Below are positions 14,131 to 30,930 of a DNA stretch of 64,000 bases, piece after piece; the stretch's first letter is position 1, and each line of letters opens with the position of its first letter. The notes below the pieces were generated by a model, which ran no database searches, was not told the DNA's origin, and worked only from the letters and a program-made list of their open reading frames with translations. The translations under genes and the position numbers were made by a program. The stretch is from positions 24,800,001 to 24,864,000 of the forward strand of contig OZ024753.1 in the NCBI GenBank assembly GCA_964016885.1. Reading direction: 5' to 3'. The DNA comes from Eledone cirrhosa (Eukaryota).

Positions 14131-14539
14131 CCAACCAAGACATAGAAACAGGATAGTAATAACTCTAGCCAAGATATAGAAACATGATAGTAATAACTCC
14201 AGTCAAGATATAGTAACATGATAGTAATAACTCCAGTCAAGATATAGAAACATGATAGTAATAGCTCCAACCAAGACATAGAAAGATGATAGTAATAACT
14301 CCAACCAAGATATAGAAACAGGATAGTAATAACTCCAACCAAACATAGAAACAGGATAGTAATAACTCCAGCCAAGACATAGAAACAGGATAGTAATAAC
14401 TCCAGACAAGACATAGAAACAAGATAGTAATAACTCCAAACAAGACAGAGAAACATGATAGTAATAACTCCAGCCAAGATATAGAAACATGATAGTAATA
14501 ACTCCAGCCAAGATATAGAAACAAGATAGTAATAACTCC

Positions 14540-15010
14540 AGTCAAGATATAGAAACAAGATAGTAATAACTCCAGTCAAGATATAGAAATATGATAGTAA
14601 TAACTCTAACCAAGACATAGAGACATGATAGTGATAACTCCAGAAAAGATATAGAAACAAGATAGTAATAACTCCAGACAAGATATAGAAACAAGATAGT
14701 AATAACTCCAACCAAGATATAGAAACAAGATAGTAATAACTCCAACCAAGATATAGAAACAAGATAGTAATAACTCCAGCCAAGATATAGAAACATGATA
14801 GTAATAACTCCAGCCAAGATATAGAAACAAGATAGTAATAACTCCAGTCAAGATATAGAAATATGATAGTAATAACTCTAACCAAGACATAGAGACATGA
14901 TAGTGATAACTCCAGAAAAGATATAGAAACAAGATAGTAATAACTCCAGACAAGATATAGAAACAAGATAGTAATAACTCCAACCAAGATATAGAAACAA
15001 GATAGTAATT
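14540..15010. repeat. 272-bp (8-monomer) duplication within an AAGATAG-subfamily block
   Basis: ATATAGAAATATG...CTCTAACC...AGAGACATGATAGTGATAACTCCAGAAAAG begins at 14581 and again at 14853. Confidence 0.85.
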
Positions 15011-15645
15011 ACTCCAGCCAAGATATAGAAACATGATAGTAATAACTCCAGTCAAGATATAGAAATATGATAGTAATAACTCTAACCAAGACATAGAGAC
15101 ATGATAGTAATAACTCCAACCAAGACATATAAACAGTATAGTAATAACTCCAGATAAGACAGAGAAACATGATAGTAATAACTCCAGACAAGATATAGAA
15201 AGATGATAGTAATAACTCCAACCAAGACAGAGAAACATGATAGTAATAACTCCAGCCAAGATATAGAAACAGGATAGTAATAACTCCAACCAAACATAGA
15301 AACAGGATAATAATAACTCCAGCGAAGACATAGAAACATGATAGTAATAACTCCAACCAAGACATAGAAACATGATAGTAATAACTCCAACCAAGATATA
15401 GAAACAGGATAGTAATAACTCCAACCAAGACATAGAAACAGGATAGTAATAACTCCAGTCAAGATATAGAAACATGATAGTAATAACTCCAACCAAGATA
15501 TAGAAACATGATAGTAATAACTCCAACCAAGACATAGAAACAGGATAGTAATAACTCCAACCAAGACATAGAAACATGATAGTAATAACTCCAACCAAGA
15601 TATAGAAACATGATAGTAATAACTCCAGCCAAGACATAGAAACTT

Positions 15646-18057
15646 GATAGTAATAACTCCAACCAAGACATAGAAACATGATAATAATAACTCCAGTCAA
15701 GACATAGAAACATGATAGTAATAACTCCAGTCAAGACATAGAAACATGATAGTAATAACTCCAACCAACATATAGAAACATGATAGTAATAACGCCAGTC
15801 AAGACATCGAAACAGGATAGTAATAACTCCCGCCAAGATATAGAAACAGGATAGTAATAACTCCAGTCAAGACATAGAAACATGATAGTAATAACTCCAG
15901 TGAAGACATAGAAACATAATAGTAATAACTCCAACCAAGATATAGAAACATGATAGTAATAACTCCAACCAAGACATAGAAACAGGATAGTAATAACTCC
16001 AACCAAGACATAGAAACATGATAGTAATAACTCCAACCTAGATATAGAAACATGATAGTAATAACTCCAACCAAGACATAGAAACATGATAGTAATAACT
16101 CCAGCCAAGACATAGAAACATGATAGTAATAACTCCAACCAAGACATAGAAACATGATAATAATAACTCCAGTCAAGACATAGAAACATGATAGTAATAA
16201 CTCCAGTGAAGACATAGAAACATAATAGTAATAACTCCAACCAAGACATAGAAACATGATAGTAATAACTCCAACAAAGATATAGAAACATGATAGTAAT
16301 AACTCCAACCAAGACATAGAAACAGGATAGTAATAACTCCAACCAAGACATAGAAACATGATAGTAATAACTCCAACCTAGATATAGAAACATGATAGTA
16401 ATAACTCCAACCAAGACATAGAAACATGATAGTAATAACTCCAGCCAAGACATAGAAACAGGATAGTAATAACTCCAGTCAAGATATAGAAACATGATAG
16501 TAATAACTCCAACCAAGATATAGAAACATGATAGTAATAACTCCAGTCAAGACATAGAAACATAATAGTAATAACTCCAACCAAGATATAGAAACATGAT
16601 AGTAATAACGCCAGTCAAGACATAGAAACAAGATAGTAATAACTACAGTCAAGATATAGAAACATGATAGTAATAACTCCAACCAAGACATAGAAACAGG
16701 ATAGTAATAACTCTAGCCAAGATATAGAAACATGATAGTAATAACTCCAGTCAAGATATAGTAACATGATAGTAATAACTCCAGTCAAGATATAGAAACA
16801 TAATAGTAATAGCTCCAACCAAGACATAGAAACATGATAGTAATAACTCCAACCAAGATATAGAAACAGGATAGTAATAACTCCAACCAAACATAGAAAC
16901 AGGATAGTAATAACTCCAGACAAGACATAGAAACAAGATAGTAATAACTCCAAACAAGACAGAGAAACATGATAGTAATAACTCCAGCCAAGATATAGAA
17001 ACATGATAGTAATAACTCCAGCCAAGATATAGAAACAAGATAGTAATAACTCCAGTCAAGATATAGAAACAAGATAGTAATAACTCCAACCAAGACATAG
17101 AAACATGATAATAATAACTCCAGTCAAGACATAGAAACATGATAGTAATAACTCCAGTCAAGACATAGAAACATGATAGTAATAACTCCAACCAACATAT
17201 AGAAACATGATAGTAATAACGCCAGTCAAGACATCGAAACAGGATAGTAATAACTCCCGCCAAGATATAGAAACAGGATAGTAATAACTCCAGTCAAGAC
17301 ATAGAAACATGATAGTAATAACTCCAGTGAAGACATAGAAACATAATAGTAATAACTCCAACCAAGATATAGAAACATGATAGTAATAACTCCAACCAAG
17401 ACATAGAAACAGGATAGTAATAACTCCAACCAAGACATAGAAACATGATAGTAATAACTCCAACCTAGATATAGAAACATGATAGTAATAACTCCAACCA
17501 AGACATAGAAACATGATAGTAATAACTCCAGCCAAGACATAGAAACATGATAGTAATAACTCCAACCAAGACATAGAAACATGATAATAATAACTCCAGT
17601 CAAGACATAGAAACATGATAGTAATAACTCCAGTGAAGACATAGAAACATAATAGTAATAACTCCAACCAAGACATAGAAACATGATAGTAATAACTCCA
17701 ACAAAGATATAGAAACATGATAGTAATAACTCCAACCAAGACATAGAAACAGGATAGTAATAACTCCAACCAAGACATAGAAACATGATAGTAATAACTC
17801 CAACCTAGATATAGAAACATGATAGTAATAACTCCAACCAAGACATAGAAACATGATAGTAATAACTCCAGCCAAGACATAGAAACAGGATAGTAATAAC
17901 TCCAGTCAAGATATAGAAACATGATAGTAATAACTCCAACCAAGATATAGAAACATGATAGTAATAACTCCAGTCAAGACATAGAAACATAATAGTAATA
18001 ACTCCAACCAAGATATAGAAACATGATAGTAATAACGCCAGTCAAGACATAGAAACA
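15646..18057. repeat. 1427-bp (42-monomer) duplication nested in the 5266-bp unit; repeated again at ~20912-23770
   Basis: ORF pairs 15731/17158, 16173/17600, 20997/22424 and 21881/23308. Markers CCAGTGAAG, CCAACAAAG and CATCG..CCCGCC. Confidence 0.9.
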
Positions 18058-21000
18058 TGATAGTAATAACTCCAGTCAAGATATAGAAACATGATAGTAA
18101 TAACTTCAACCAAGACATAGAAACAGGATAGTAATAACTCCAACCAAGATATAGAAACATGATAGTAATAACTCCAACCAAGACATAGAAACATGATAGT
18201 AATAACTCCAGCCAAGACATAGAAACATGATAGTAATAACTCCAGTCAAGACATAGAAACATGATAGTAATAACTCCAGTCAAGACATAGAAACATGATA
18301 GTAATAACTCCAGTCAAGACATAGAAACATGATAGTAATAACTCCAGTCAAGATATAGAAACATGATAGTAATAACTCCAACCAAGACATAGAAACAGGA
18401 TAGTAATAACTCTAGGCAAGATATAGAAACATGATAGTAATAACTCCAGTCAAGATATAGTAACATGATAGTAATAACTCCAGTCAAGATATAGAAACAT
18501 GATAGTAATAGCTCCAACCAACACATAGAAACATGATAGGAATAACTCCAACCAAACATAGAAACAGGATAGTAATAACTCCAGCGAAGACATAGAAACA
18601 TGATAGTAATAACTCCAACCAAGACATAGAAACATGATAGTAATAACTCCAACCAAGATATAGAAACATGATAGTAATAACTCCAACCAAGACATAGAAA
18701 CAGGATAGTAATAACTCCAACCAAGACATAGAAACATGATAGTAATAACTCCAACCTAGATATAGAAACATGATAGTAATAACTCCAACCAAGACATAGA
18801 AACATGATAGTAATAACTCCAGCCAAGACATAGAAACATGATAGTAATAACTCCAACCAAGACATAGAAACATGATAATAATAACTCCAGTCAAGACATA
18901 GAAACATGATAGTAATAACTCGAGTGAAGACATAGAAACATAATAGTAATAACTCCAACCAAGACATAGAAACATGATAGTAATAATTCCAACCAAGATA
19001 TAGAAACATGATAGTAATAACTCCAACCAAGACATAGAAACAGGATAGTAATAACTCCAACCAAGACATACAAACATGATAGTAATAACTCCAACCTAGA
19101 TATAGAAACATGATAGTAATAACTCCAACCAAGACATAGAAACATGATAGTAATAACTCCAGCCAAGACATAGAAAGATGATAGTAATAACTCCAACCAA
19201 GACATAGAAACATGATAATAATAACTCCAGTCAAGACATAGAAACATGATAGTAATAACTCCAGTCAAGACATAGAAACATAATAGTAATAACTCCAACC
19301 AAGATATAGAAACATGATAGTAATAACGCCAGTCAAGACATAGAAACATGATAGTAATAACTCCAGTCAAGATATAGAAACATGATAGTAATAACTCCAA
19401 CCAAGACATAGAAACAGGATAGTAATAACTCTAGCCAAGATATAGAAACATGATAGTAATAACTCCAGTCAAGATATAGTAACATGATAGTAATAACTCC
19501 AGTCAAGATATAGAAACATGATAGTAATAGCTCCAACCAAGACATAGAAAGATGATAGTAATAACTCCAACCAAGATATAGAAACAGGATAGTAATAACT
19601 CCAACCAAACATAGAAACAGGATAGTAATAACTCCAGCCAAGACATAGAAACAGGATAGTAATAACTCCAGACAAGACATAGAAACAAGATAGTAATAAC
19701 TCCAAACAAGACAGAGAAACATGATAGTAATAACTCCAGCCAAGATATAGAAACATGATAGTAATAACTCCAGCCAAGATATAGAAACAAGATAGTAATA
19801 ACTCCAGTCAAGATATAGAAACAAGATAGTAATAACTCCAGTCAAGATATAGAAATATGATAGTAATAACTCTAACCAAGACATAGAGACATGATAGTGA
19901 TAACTCCAGAAAAGATATAGAAACAAGATAGTAATAACTCCAGACAAGATATAGAAACAAGATAGTAATAACTCCAACCAAGATATAGAAACAAGATAGT
20001 AATAACTCCAACCAAGATATAGAAACAAGATAGTAATAACTCCAGCCAAGATATAGAAACATGATAGTAATAACTCCAGCCAAGATATAGAAACAAGATA
20101 GTAATAACTCCAGTCAAGATATAGAAATATGATAGTAATAACTCTAACCAAGACATAGAGACATGATAGTGATAACTCCAGAAAAGATATAGAAACAAGA
20201 TAGTAATAACTCCAGACAAGATATAGAAACAAGATAGTAATAACTCCAACCAAGATATAGAAACAAGATAGTAATTACTCCAGCCAAGATATAGAAACAT
20301 GATAGTAATAACTCCAGTCAAGATATAGAAATATGATAGTAATAACTCTAACCAAGACATAGAGACATGATAGTAATAACTCCAACCAAGACATATAAAC
20401 AGTATAGTAATAACTCCAGATAAGACAGAGAAACATGATAGTAATAACTCCAGACAAGATATAGAAAGATGATAGTAATAACTCCAACCAAGACAGAGAA
20501 ACATGATAGTAATAACTCCAGCCAAGATATAGAAACAGGATAGTAATAACTCCAACCAAACATAGAAACAGGATAATAATAACTCCAGCGAAGACATAGA
20601 AACATGATAGTAATAACTCCAACCAAGACATAGAAACATGATAGTAATAACTCCAACCAAGATATAGAAACAGGATAGTAATAACTCCAACCAAGACATA
20701 GAAACAGGATAGTAATAACTCCAGTCAAGATATAGAAACATGATAGTAATAACTCCAACCAAGATATAGAAACATGATAGTAATAACTCCAACCAAGACA
20801 TAGAAACAGGATAGTAATAACTCCAACCAAGACATAGAAACATGATAGTAATAACTCCAACCAAGATATAGAAACATGATAGTAATAACTCCAGCCAAGA
20901 CATAGAAACTTGATAGTAATAACTCCAACCAAGACATAGAAACATGATAATAATAACTCCAGTCAAGACATAGAAACATGATAGTAATAACTCCAGTCAA

Positions 21001-24000
21001 GACATAGAAACATGATAGTAATAACTCCAACCAACATATAGAAACATGATAGTAATAACGCCAGTCAAGACATCGAAACAGGATAGTAATAACTCCCGCC
21101 AAGATATAGAAACAGGATAGTAATAACTCCAGTCAAGACATAGAAACATGATAGTAATAACTCCAGTGAAGACATAGAAACATAATAGTAATAACTCCAA
21201 CCAAGATATAGAAACATGATAGTAATAACTCCAACCAAGACATAGAAACAGGATAGTAATAACTCCAACCAAGACATAGAAACATGATAGTAATAACTCC
21301 AACCTAGATATAGAAACATGATAGTAATAACTCCAACCAAGACATAGAAACATGATAGTAATAACTCCAGCCAAGACATAGAAACATGATAGTAATAACT
21401 CCAACCAAGACATAGAAACATGATAATAATAACTCCAGTCAAGACATAGAAACATGATAGTAATAACTCCAGTGAAGACATAGAAACATAATAGTAATAA
21501 CTCCAACCAAGACATAGAAACATGATAGTAATAACTCCAACAAAGATATAGAAACATGATAGTAATAACTCCAACCAAGACATAGAAACAGGATAGTAAT
21601 AACTCCAACCAAGACATAGAAACATGATAGTAATAACTCCAACCTAGATATAGAAACATGATAGTAATAACTCCAACCAAGACATAGAAACATGATAGTA
21701 ATAACTCCAGCCAAGACATAGAAACAGGATAGTAATAACTCCAGTCAAGATATAGAAACATGATAGTAATAACTCCAACCAAGATATAGAAACATGATAG
21801 TAATAACTCCAGTCAAGACATAGAAACATAATAGTAATAACTCCAACCAAGATATAGAAACATGATAGTAATAACGCCAGTCAAGACATAGAAACAAGAT
21901 AGTAATAACTACAGTCAAGATATAGAAACATGATAGTAATAACTCCAACCAAGACATAGAAACAGGATAGTAATAACTCTAGCCAAGATATAGAAACATG
22001 ATAGTAATAACTCCAGTCAAGATATAGTAACATGATAGTAATAACTCCAGTCAAGATATAGAAACATAATAGTAATAGCTCCAACCAAGACATAGAAACA
22101 TGATAGTAATAACTCCAACCAAGATATAGAAACAGGATAGTAATAACTCCAACCAAACATAGAAACAGGATAGTAATAACTCCAGACAAGACATAGAAAC
22201 AAGATAGTAATAACTCCAAACAAGACAGAGAAACATGATAGTAATAACTCCAGCCAAGATATAGAAACATGATAGTAATAACTCCAGCCAAGATATAGAA
22301 ACAAGATAGTAATAACTCCAGTCAAGATATAGAAACAAGATAGTAATAACTCCAACCAAGACATAGAAACATGATAATAATAACTCCAGTCAAGACATAG
22401 AAACATGATAGTAATAACTCCAGTCAAGACATAGAAACATGATAGTAATAACTCCAACCAACATATAGAAACATGATAGTAATAACGCCAGTCAAGACAT
22501 CGAAACAGGATAGTAATAACTCCCGCCAAGATATAGAAACAGGATAGTAATAACTCCAGTCAAGACATAGAAACATGATAGTAATAACTCCAGTGAAGAC
22601 ATAGAAACATAATAGTAATAACTCCAACCAAGATATAGAAACATGATAGTAATAACTCCAACCAAGACATAGAAACAGGATAGTAATAACTCCAACCAAG
22701 ACATAGAAACATGATAGTAATAACTCCAACCTAGATATAGAAACATGATAGTAATAACTCCAACCAAGACATAGAAACATGATAGTAATAACTCCAGCCA
22801 AGACATAGAAACATGATAGTAATAACTCCAACCAAGACATAGAAACATGATAATAATAACTCCAGTCAAGACATAGAAACATGATAGTAATAACTCCAGT
22901 GAAGACATAGAAACATAATAGTAATAACTCCAACCAAGACATAGAAACATGATAGTAATAACTCCAACAAAGATATAGAAACATGATAGTAATAACTCCA
23001 ACCAAGACATAGAAACAGGATAGTAATAACTCCAACCAAGACATAGAAACATGATAGTAATAACTCCAACCTAGATATAGAAACATGATAGTAATAACTC
23101 CAACCAAGACATAGAAACATGATAGTAATAACTCCAGCCAAGACATAGAAACAGGATAGTAATAACTCCAGTCAAGATATAGAAACATGATAGTAATAAC
23201 TCCAACCAAGATATAGAAACATGATAGTAATAACTCCAGTCAAGACATAGAAACATAATAGTAATAACTCCAACCAAGATATAGAAACATGATAGTAATA
23301 ACGCCAGTCAAGACATAGAAACATGATAGTAATAACTCCAGTCAAGATATAGAAACATGATAGTAATAACTCCAACCAAGACATAGAAACAGGATAGTAA
23401 TAACTCTAGCCAAGATATAGAAACATGATAGTAATAACTCCAGTCAAGATATAGTAACATGATAGTAATAACTCCAGTCAAGATATAGAAACATAATAGT
23501 AATAGCTCCAACCAAGACATAGAAACATGATAGTAATAACTCCAACCAAGATATAGAAACAGGATAGTAATAACTCCAACCAAACATAGAAACAGGATAG
23601 TAATAACTCCAGACAAGACATAGAAACAAGATAGTAATAACTCCAAACAAGACAGAGAAACATGATAGTAATAACTCCAGCCAAGATATAGAAACATGAT
23701 AGTAATAACTCCAGCCAAGATATAGAAACAAGATAGTAATAACTCCAGTCAAGATATAGAAACAAGATAGTAATAACTCCAGTCAAGATATAGAAATATG
23801 ATAGTAATAACTCTAACCAAGACATAGAGACATGATAGTGATAACTCCAGAAAAGATATAGAAACAAGATAGTAATAACTCCAGACAAGATATAGAAACA
23901 AGATAGTAATAACTCCAACCAAGATATAGAAACAAGATAGTAATAACTCCAACCAAGATATAGAAACAAGATAGTAATAACTCCAGCCAAGATATAGAAA

Positions 24001-27000
24001 CATGATAGTAATAACTCCAGCCAAGATATAGAAATATGATAGTAATAACTCTAACGAAGACATAGAGACATGATAGTAATAACTCCAACCAAGACATATA
24101 AACAGTATAGTAATAACTCCAGATAAGACAGAGAAACATGATAGTAATAACTCCAGACAAGATATAGAAAGATGATAGTAATAACTCCAACCAAGACAGA
24201 GAAACATGATAGTAATAACTCCAGCCAAGATATAGAAACAGGATAGTAATAACTCCAACCAAACATAGAAACAGGATAATAATAACTCCAGCGAAGACAT
24301 AGAAACAGGATAGTAATAACTCCAGTCAAGATATAGAAACATGATAGTAATAACTCCAACCAAGATATAGAAACATGATAGTAATAACTCCAACCAAGAC
24401 ATAGAAACAGGATAGTAATAACTCCAACCAAGACATAGAAACATGATAGTAATAACTCCAACCAAGATATAGAAACATGATAGTAATAACTCCAGCCAAG
24501 ACATAGAAACTTGATAGTAATAACTCCAACCAAGACATAGAAACATGATAATAATAACTCCAGTCAAGACATAGAAACATGATAGTAATAACTCCAGTCA
24601 AGACATAGAAACATGATAGTAATAACTCCAACCAACATATAGAAACATGATAGTAATAACGCCAGTCAAGATATAGAAACATGATAGTAATAACTCCAGT
24701 CAAGACATCGAAACAGGATAGTAATAACTCCCGCCAAGATATAGAAACAGGATAGTAATAACTCCAACCAAACATAGAAACAGGATAATAATAACTCCAG
24801 CGAAGACATAGAAACATGATAGTAATAACTCCTGTCAAGATATAGAAACATGATAGTAATAACTCCAACCAAGACATAGAAACAGGATAGTAATGAATCT
24901 AGCCAAGATATAGAAACATGATAGTAATAACTCCAGTCAAGATATAGTAACATGATAGTAATAACTCCAGTCAAGATATAGAAACATGATAGTAATAGCT
25001 CCAACCAAGACATAGAAACATGATAGTAATAACTCCAACCAAACATAGAAACAGGATAGTAATAACTCCAGCGAAGACATAGAAACATGATAGTAATAAC
25101 TCCAACCAAACATAGAAACATGATAGTAATAACCCCAACCAAGATATAGAAACAGGATAGTAATAACTCCAACCAAGACATAGAAACAGGATAGTAATAA
25201 CTCCAGTCAAGATATAGAAACATGATAGTAATAACTCCAACCAAGATATAGAAACATGATAGTAATAACTCCAACCAAGACATAGAAACATGATAGTAAT
25301 AACTCCAGCCAAGATATAGAAACATGATAGTAATAACTCCAACCAAGACATAGAAACATGATAATAATAACTCCAGTCAAGTCATAGAAACATGATAGTA
25401 ATAACTCCAACTAAGACATAGAAACATGATAATAATTACTCCGGTCAAGATATAGAAACATGATAGTAATAACTCCAACCAAGACATAGAAACATGATAG
25501 TAATAACGCCAGTCAAGATATAGAAACATGATAGTAATAACTCCAACCAAGACATAGAAACCGGATAGTAATAACTCCAGTCAAGATATAGAAACAGGAG
25601 AGTATTAACTCCAGTCAAGATATAGAAACATGATAGTAATAACTCCAACCAAGACATAGAAACATGATAGTAATAACTCCAGCCAAAACATAGAAACATG
25701 ATAGTAATAACTCCAGTCAAGACATAGAAACATGATAGTAATAACTCCAGTCAAGACATAGAAACATGATAGTAATAACTCCAGTCAAGACATAGAAACA
25801 TGATAGTAATAACTCCAGTCAAGATATAGAAACATGATAGTAATAACTCCATCCAAGACATAGAAACAGGATAGTAATAACTCTAGCCAAGATATAGAAA
25901 CATGATAGTAATAACTCCAGTCAAGATATAGTAACATGATAGTAATAACTCCAGTCAAGATATAGAAACATGATAGTAATAGCTCCAACCAACACATAGA
26001 AACATGATAGTAATAACTCCAACCAAACATAGAAACAGGATAGTAATAACTCCAGCGAAGACATAGAAACATGATAGTAATAACTCCAACCAAGACATAG
26101 AAACATGATAGTAATAACTCCAACCAAGATATAGAAACATGATAGTAATAACTCCAACCAAGACATAGAAACAGGATAGTAATAACTCCAACCAAGACAT
26201 AGAAACATGATAGTAATAACTCCAACCTAGATATAGAAACATGATAGTAATAACTCCAACCAAGACATAGAAACATGATAGTAATAACTCCAGCCAAGAC
26301 ATAGAAACATGATAGTAATAACTCCAACCAAGACATAGAAACATGATAATAATAACTCCAGTCAAGACATAGAAACATGATAGTAATAACTCCAGTCAAG
26401 ACATAGAAACATAATAGTAATAACTCCAACCAAGATATAGAAACATGATAGTAATAACGCCAGTCAAGACATAGAAACATGATAGTAATAACTCCAGTCA
26501 AGATATAGAAACATGATAGTAATAACTCCAACCAAGACATAGTAACAGGATAGTAATAACTCTAGCCAAGATATAGAAACATGATAGTAATAACTCCAGT
26601 CAAGATATAGTAACATGATAGTAATAACTCCAGTCAAGATATATAAACATGATAGTAATAGCTCCAACCAAGACATAGAAACATGATAGTAATAACTCCA
26701 ACCAAGATATAGAAACAGGATAGTAATAACTCCAACCAAACATAGAAACAGGATAGTAATAACTCCAGCCAAGACATAGAAACAGGATAGTAATAACTCC
26801 AGACAAGACATAGAAACAAGATAGTAATAACTCTAACCAAGACATAGAGACATGATAGTGATAACTCCAGTCAAGATATAGAAACATGATAGTAATAACT
26901 CCAACCAAGCTATAGAAACATGATAGTAATAACTCCAACCAAGACATAGAAACATGATAGTAATAACTCCAGCCAAGATATAGAAACATGATAGTAATAA

Positions 27001-29514
27001 CTCCAACCAAGACATAGAAACATGATAGTAATAACTCCAGCCAAGATATAGAAACATGATAGTAATAACTCCAACGAAGACATAGAAACATGATAATAAT
27101 TACTCCAGTCAAGATATAGAAACATGATAGTAATAACTCCAACCAAGACATAGAAACATGATAGTAATAACGCCAGTCAAGATATAGAAACATGATAGTA
27201 ATAACTCCAACCAAGACATAGAAACCGGATAGTAATAACTCCAGTCAAGATATAGAAACAGGAGAGTATTAACTCCAGTCAAGATATAGAAACATGATAG
27301 TAATAACTCCAGTCAAGATATAGAAACATGATAGTAATAACTTCAACCAAGACATAGAAACAGGATAGTAATAACTCCAACCAAGATATAGAAACATGAT
27401 AGTAATAACTCCAACCAAGACATAGAAACATGATAGTAATAACTCCAGCCAAGACATAGAAACATGATAGTAATAACTCCAGTCAAGACATAGAAACATG
27501 ATAGTAATAACTCCAGTCAAGACATAGAAACATGATAGTAATAACTCCAGTCAAGACATAGAAACATGATAGTAATAACTCCAGTCAAGATATAGAAACA
27601 TGATAGTAATAACTCCAACCAAGACATAGAAACAGGATAGTAATAACTCTAGCCAAGATATAGTAACATGATAGTAATAACTCCAGTCAAGATATAGAAA
27701 CATGATAGTAATAGCTCCAACCAACACATAGAAACATGATAGTAATAACTCCAACCAAACATAGAAACAGGATAGTAATAACTCCAGCGAAGACATAGAA
27801 ACATGATAGTAATAACTCCAACCAAGACATAGAAACATGATAGTAATAACTCCAACCAAGATATAGAAACATGATAGTAATAACTCCAACCAAGACATAG
27901 AAACAGGATAGTAATAACTCCAACCAAGACATAGAAACATGATAGTAATAACTCCAACCTAGATATAGAAACATGATAGTAATAACTCCAACCAAGACAT
28001 AGAAACATGATAGTAATAACTCCAGCCAAGACATAGAAACATGATAGTAATAACTCCAACCAAGACATAAAAACATGATAATAATAACTCCAGTCAAGAC
28101 ATAGAAACATGATAGTAATAACTCCAGTCAAGACATAGAAACATAATAGTAATAACTCCAACCAAGACATAGAAACATGATAGTAATAACTCCAACCAAG
28201 ATATAGAAACATGATAGTAATAACTCCAACCAAGACATAGAAACAGGATAGTAATAACTCCAACCAAGACATAGAAACATGATAGTAATAACTCCAACCA
28301 AGACATAGAAACATGATAATAATAACTCCAGTCAAGACATAGAAACATGATAGTAATAACTCCAGTCAAGACATAGAAACATAATAGTAATAACTCCAAC
28401 CAAGATATAGAAACATGATAGTAATAACGCCAGTCAAGACATAGAAACATGATAGTAATAACTCCAGTCAAGATATAGAAACATGATAGTAATAACTCCA
28501 ACCAAGACATAGTAACAGGATAGTAATAACTCTAGCCAAGATATAGAAACATGATAGTAATAACTCCAGTCAAGATATAGTAACATGATAGTAATAACTC
28601 CAGTCAAGATATATAAACATGATAGTAATAGCTCCAACCAAGACATAGAAACATGATAGTAATAACTCCAACCAAGATATAGAAACAGGATAGTAATAAC
28701 TCCAACCAAACATAGAAACAGGATAGTAATAACTCCAGCCAAGACATAGAAACAGGATAGTAATAACTCCAGACAAGACATAGAAACAAGATAGTAATAA
28801 CTCTAACCAAGACATAGAGACATGATAGTGATAACTCCAGTCAAGATATAGAAACATGATAGTAATAACTCCAACCAAGATATAGAAACATGATAGTAAT
28901 AACTCCAGCCAAGACATAGAAACATGATAGTAATAACTCCAACCAAGACATAGAAACAGGATAGTAATGAATCTAGCCAAGATATAGAAACATGATAGTA
29001 ATAACTCCAGTCAAGATATAGTAACATGATAGTAATAACTCCAGTCAAGATATAGAAACATAATAGTAATAGCTCCAACCAAGACATAGAAACATGATAG
29101 TAATAACTCCAACCAAACATAGAAACAGGATAGTAATAACTCCAGCGAAGACATAGAAACATGATAGTAATAACTCCAACCAAACATAGAAACATGATAG
29201 TAATAACTCCAACCAAGACATAGAAACAGGATAGTAATAACTCCAGTCAAGATATAGAAACATGATAGTAATAACTCCAACCAAGATATAGAAACATGAT
29301 AGTAATAACTCCAACCAAGACATAGAAACATGATAGTAATAACTCCAGCCAAGATATAGAAACATGATAGTAATAACTCCAACCAAGACATAGAAACATG
29401 ATAATAATAACTCCAGTCAAGTCATAGAAACATGATAGTAATAACTCCAACTAAGACATAGAAACATGATAATAATTACTCCGGTCAAGATATAGAAACA
29501 TGATAGTAATAACT

Positions 29515-30930
29515 CCAACCAAGACATAGAAACATGATAGTAATAACGCCAGTCAAGATATAGAAACATGATAGTAATAACTCCAACCAAGACATAGAAA
29601 CCGGATAGTAATAACTCCAGTCAAGATATAGAAACAGGAGAGTATTAACTCCAGTCAAGATATAGAAACATGATAGTAATAACTCCAACCAAGACATAGA
29701 AACATGATAGTAATAACTCCAGCCAAGACATAGAAACATGATAGTAATAACTCCAGTCAAGACATAGAAACATGATAGTAATAACTCCAGTCAAGACATA
29801 GAAACATGATAGTAATAACTCCAGTCAAGATATAGAAACATGATAGTAATAGCTCCAACCAACACATAGAAACATGATAGTAATAACTCCAACCAAACAT
29901 AGAAACAGGATAGTAATAACTCCAGCGAAGACATAGAAACATGATAGTAATAACTCCAACCAAGACATAGAAACATGATAGTAATAACTCCAACCAAGAT
30001 ATAGAAACATGATAGTAATAACTCCAACCAAGACATAGAAACAGGATAGTAATAACTCCAACCAAGACATAGAAACATGATAGTGATAACTCCAACCTAG
30101 ATATAGAAACATGATAGTAATAACTCCAACCAAGACATAGAAACATGATAGTAATAACTCCAGCCAAGACATAGAAACATGATAGTAATAACTCCAACCA
30201 AGACATAAAAACATGATAATAATAACTCCAACCAAGACATAGAAACATGATAGTAATAACGCCAGTCAAGATATAGAAACATGATAGTAATAACTCCAAC
30301 CAAGACATAGAAACCGGATAGTAATAACTCCAGTCAAGATATAGAAACAGGAGAGTATTAACTCCAGTCAAGATATAGAAACATGATAGTAATAACTCCA
30401 ACCAAGACATAGAAACATGATAGTAATAACTCCAGCCAAGACATAGAAACATGATAGTAATAACTCCAGTCAAGACATAGAAACATGATAGTAATAACTC
30501 CAGTCAAGACATAGAAACATGATAGTAATAACTCCAGTCAAGATATAGAAACATGATAGTAATAGCTCCAACCAACACATAGAAACATGATAGTAATAAC
30601 TCCAACCAAACATAGAAACAGGATAGTAATAACTCCAGCGAAGACATAGAAACATGATAGTAATAACTCCAACCAAGACATAGAAACATGATAGTAATAA
30701 CTCCAACCAAGATATAGAAACATGATAGTAATAACTCCAACCAAGACATAGAAACAGGATAGTAATAACTCCAACCAAGACATAGAAACATGATAGTAAT
30801 AACTCCAACCTAGATATAGAAACATGATAGTAATAACTCCAACCAAGACATAGAAATATGATAGTAATAACTCCAGCCAAGACATAGAAACATGATAGTA
30901 ATAACTCCAACCAAGACATAAAAACATGAT
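29515..30930. repeat. 713-bp (21-monomer) tandem duplication
   Basis: ACGCC at 29546 and 30259; ORF pairs 29757/30470 and 29791/30504. Confidence 0.85.

Larger units (their letters stand above)
12681..23371. repeat. Tandem duplication with a 5266-bp unit (155 monomers), 2 near-identical copies
   Basis: Identical translations at 13048/18314, 14067/19333, 14606/19872, 15731/20997 and 17158/22424. Identity starts after the 12680/17946 mismatch and ends at CTTCAA versus CTCCAA (~18105/23371). Confidence 0.93.
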
